This document shows positions 62,954 to 64,000 of a stretch of DNA of 64,000 nt, one piece after another; position 1 is the stretch's first letter; each line of letters opens with the position of its first letter. Position numbers and translations under genes: made by a program. Location of the stretch: assembly GCA_013115145.1 (NCBI GenBank), contig JAAPAO010000090.1:19808-83807 (forward strand), given 5' to 3'. The notes below the pieces were generated by a model. That model did no database searches and was not told where the DNA came from. It was given only the letters and a program-made list of their open reading frames with translations. The DNA comes from Perkinsus chesapeaki ATCC PRA-425. Its lineage: Eukaryota; Protista; Perkinsozoa.

Positions 62954-64000
62954 CTAGTGGAACCCGTCGCTCCGCTCCAGTGTTATATTCCCATTTGATG
63001 TAGTAGAATAATGTGTATATAGATGGTGTTATAACGTGGTATGCATTAATTTAATGAATTTCACTAACTCAACACTCAAGAAATAATGTACACCTGAGTT
63101 GCACTACCCATCATGCGTGAATGATTCAAGTGAATAGCAACAACAGAGATATGTAAACCATCTATCCGGCTCCAAGGGGTTGTGGTTGACGTAGTTATAG
63201 CAATAAAATCTAACCGTGCATAGCGCGACGAAGCAGGCGGGAGGTTTATGATGTAGATCAGTAGCAAGTTTGCGTATCCATTTTCGAGACTCCAGAGCGA
63301 GGTGGAAAGCGACGAATAGCGCTGGTTCAGAGTGTAGCGACAAATCTGGGGTCTAGAGGAACTCATGAGCTGGCTTCTAGATTAATAGTAGTAAAGTACA
63401 GATTATACATGGCAGACATTCGTATAGCTACAACAGAAGTGGTCAGATTGTGTGACTCAGATATCAAACAATTTGTCAAAAAACTTAATAAATAATTTCA
63501 GTAATTATACAGCGTAATACGTTGAACGTGTTGTAGTAATGCGTAGGTAGCAACGTACGCTAGGTGAGAAATGCTTATGATTGGTCATGACAAAATCTCT
63601 CGATAAACGACGTTTGTTGTGAGTAGTTGAGTAGTAGTTGGATTGCGTGCAGAGTTTGTGTTGGTGTTGTATGTATAGGAGGATTGATCAACGACAAACT
63701 TAATGTTTGCGGGATCTCCCACGCGTGAGGCAGCTACATAAAGTTGACCATGATTGAAGACTGGTTGTGGGAGATACACACCTACTTTTTTTAGTGACTG
63801 ACCTTGAGCTTTATTAATTGTAACACACAAAGACGGTCGTATAGGGAATTGACGACGTTTGAAAGAGAATGGCAAGTCGGAATCTGACGGGCTGAGTGCA
63901 ATTCGGGGGATCAAGAGCTCTGTACCGGCATGAGAACCTGTAAGCATGGTAGCTTTGATGAGTCTGACTGGGTCACCGATCATTTGTGTCACGACATACC
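62954..64000 (-). mobile_element. 3' end of a Helitron
   Basis: Helicase C-terminus followed downstream by a degenerate GC-rich hairpin (ggagcggagcgacggg) and CTAG|T at 62954-62957. Terminus position is tentative. Confidence 0.7.
63585..63992 (-). CDS. Helitron RepHel PIF1-type helicase, C-terminal fragment
   Basis: LIPRI...LPFSFKRRQFPIR...TINKAQGQSL..VGVYLPQPVFNHGQLYVAASRV...TTNVVYREIL*. Confidence 0.92.
   Translation of the reverse strand: MTQMIGDPVRLIKATMLTGSHAGTELLIPRIALSPSDSDLPFSFKRRQFPIRPSLCVTINKAQGQSLKKVGVYLPQPVFNHGQLYVAASRVGDPANIKFVVDQSSYTYNTNTNSARNPTTTQLLTTNVVYREILS

Noticed and set aside
1-64000. CRISPR arrays, rRNA, intact tRNA genes, prophage or bacterial operons
   Set aside because: No repeat-spacer arrays, rRNA signatures or complete cloverleaves were seen. 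Spliceosomal introns show the DNA is eukaryotic.

Overview
Eukaryotic, gene-dense, intron-rich DNA with mostly ~40-60 bp GT-AG introns. The gene content and a dinoflagellate-style plastid leader suggest a Perkinsus-like alveolate (inference; no database search was run). Genes recognisable after manual splicing: PARP1-like (5' truncated by the window), perilipin-like protein with 11-mer repeats, tandem CCCH zinc finger, membrane-anchored A1 aspartic protease, RPL30, TauD-family dioxygenase, S10 serine carboxypeptidase, a coiled-coil protein, VPS35, an HGGGxRC zinc-finger protein, a PKD2/TRPP channel, three tandem paralogues of an unknown 4-Cys family, a plastid-type Hsp100/ClpC, two tandem glutaminase-ankyrin genes, and the 3' end of a Helitron. 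There are also Ty3/Gypsy, MITE-like, tRNA-derived and hairpin remnants. The most striking observations are (1) an intact glutaminase next to a paralogue that appears fully spliced but lacks the catalytic residues, (2) a plastid-leader Hsp100 lacking both the M-domain and the ClpP-docking loop, and (3) the 4-Cys paralogue array. Multi-exon coordinates are gene spans from manual splicing and are approximate at the ends. No CRISPR, rRNA or intact tRNA was seen.
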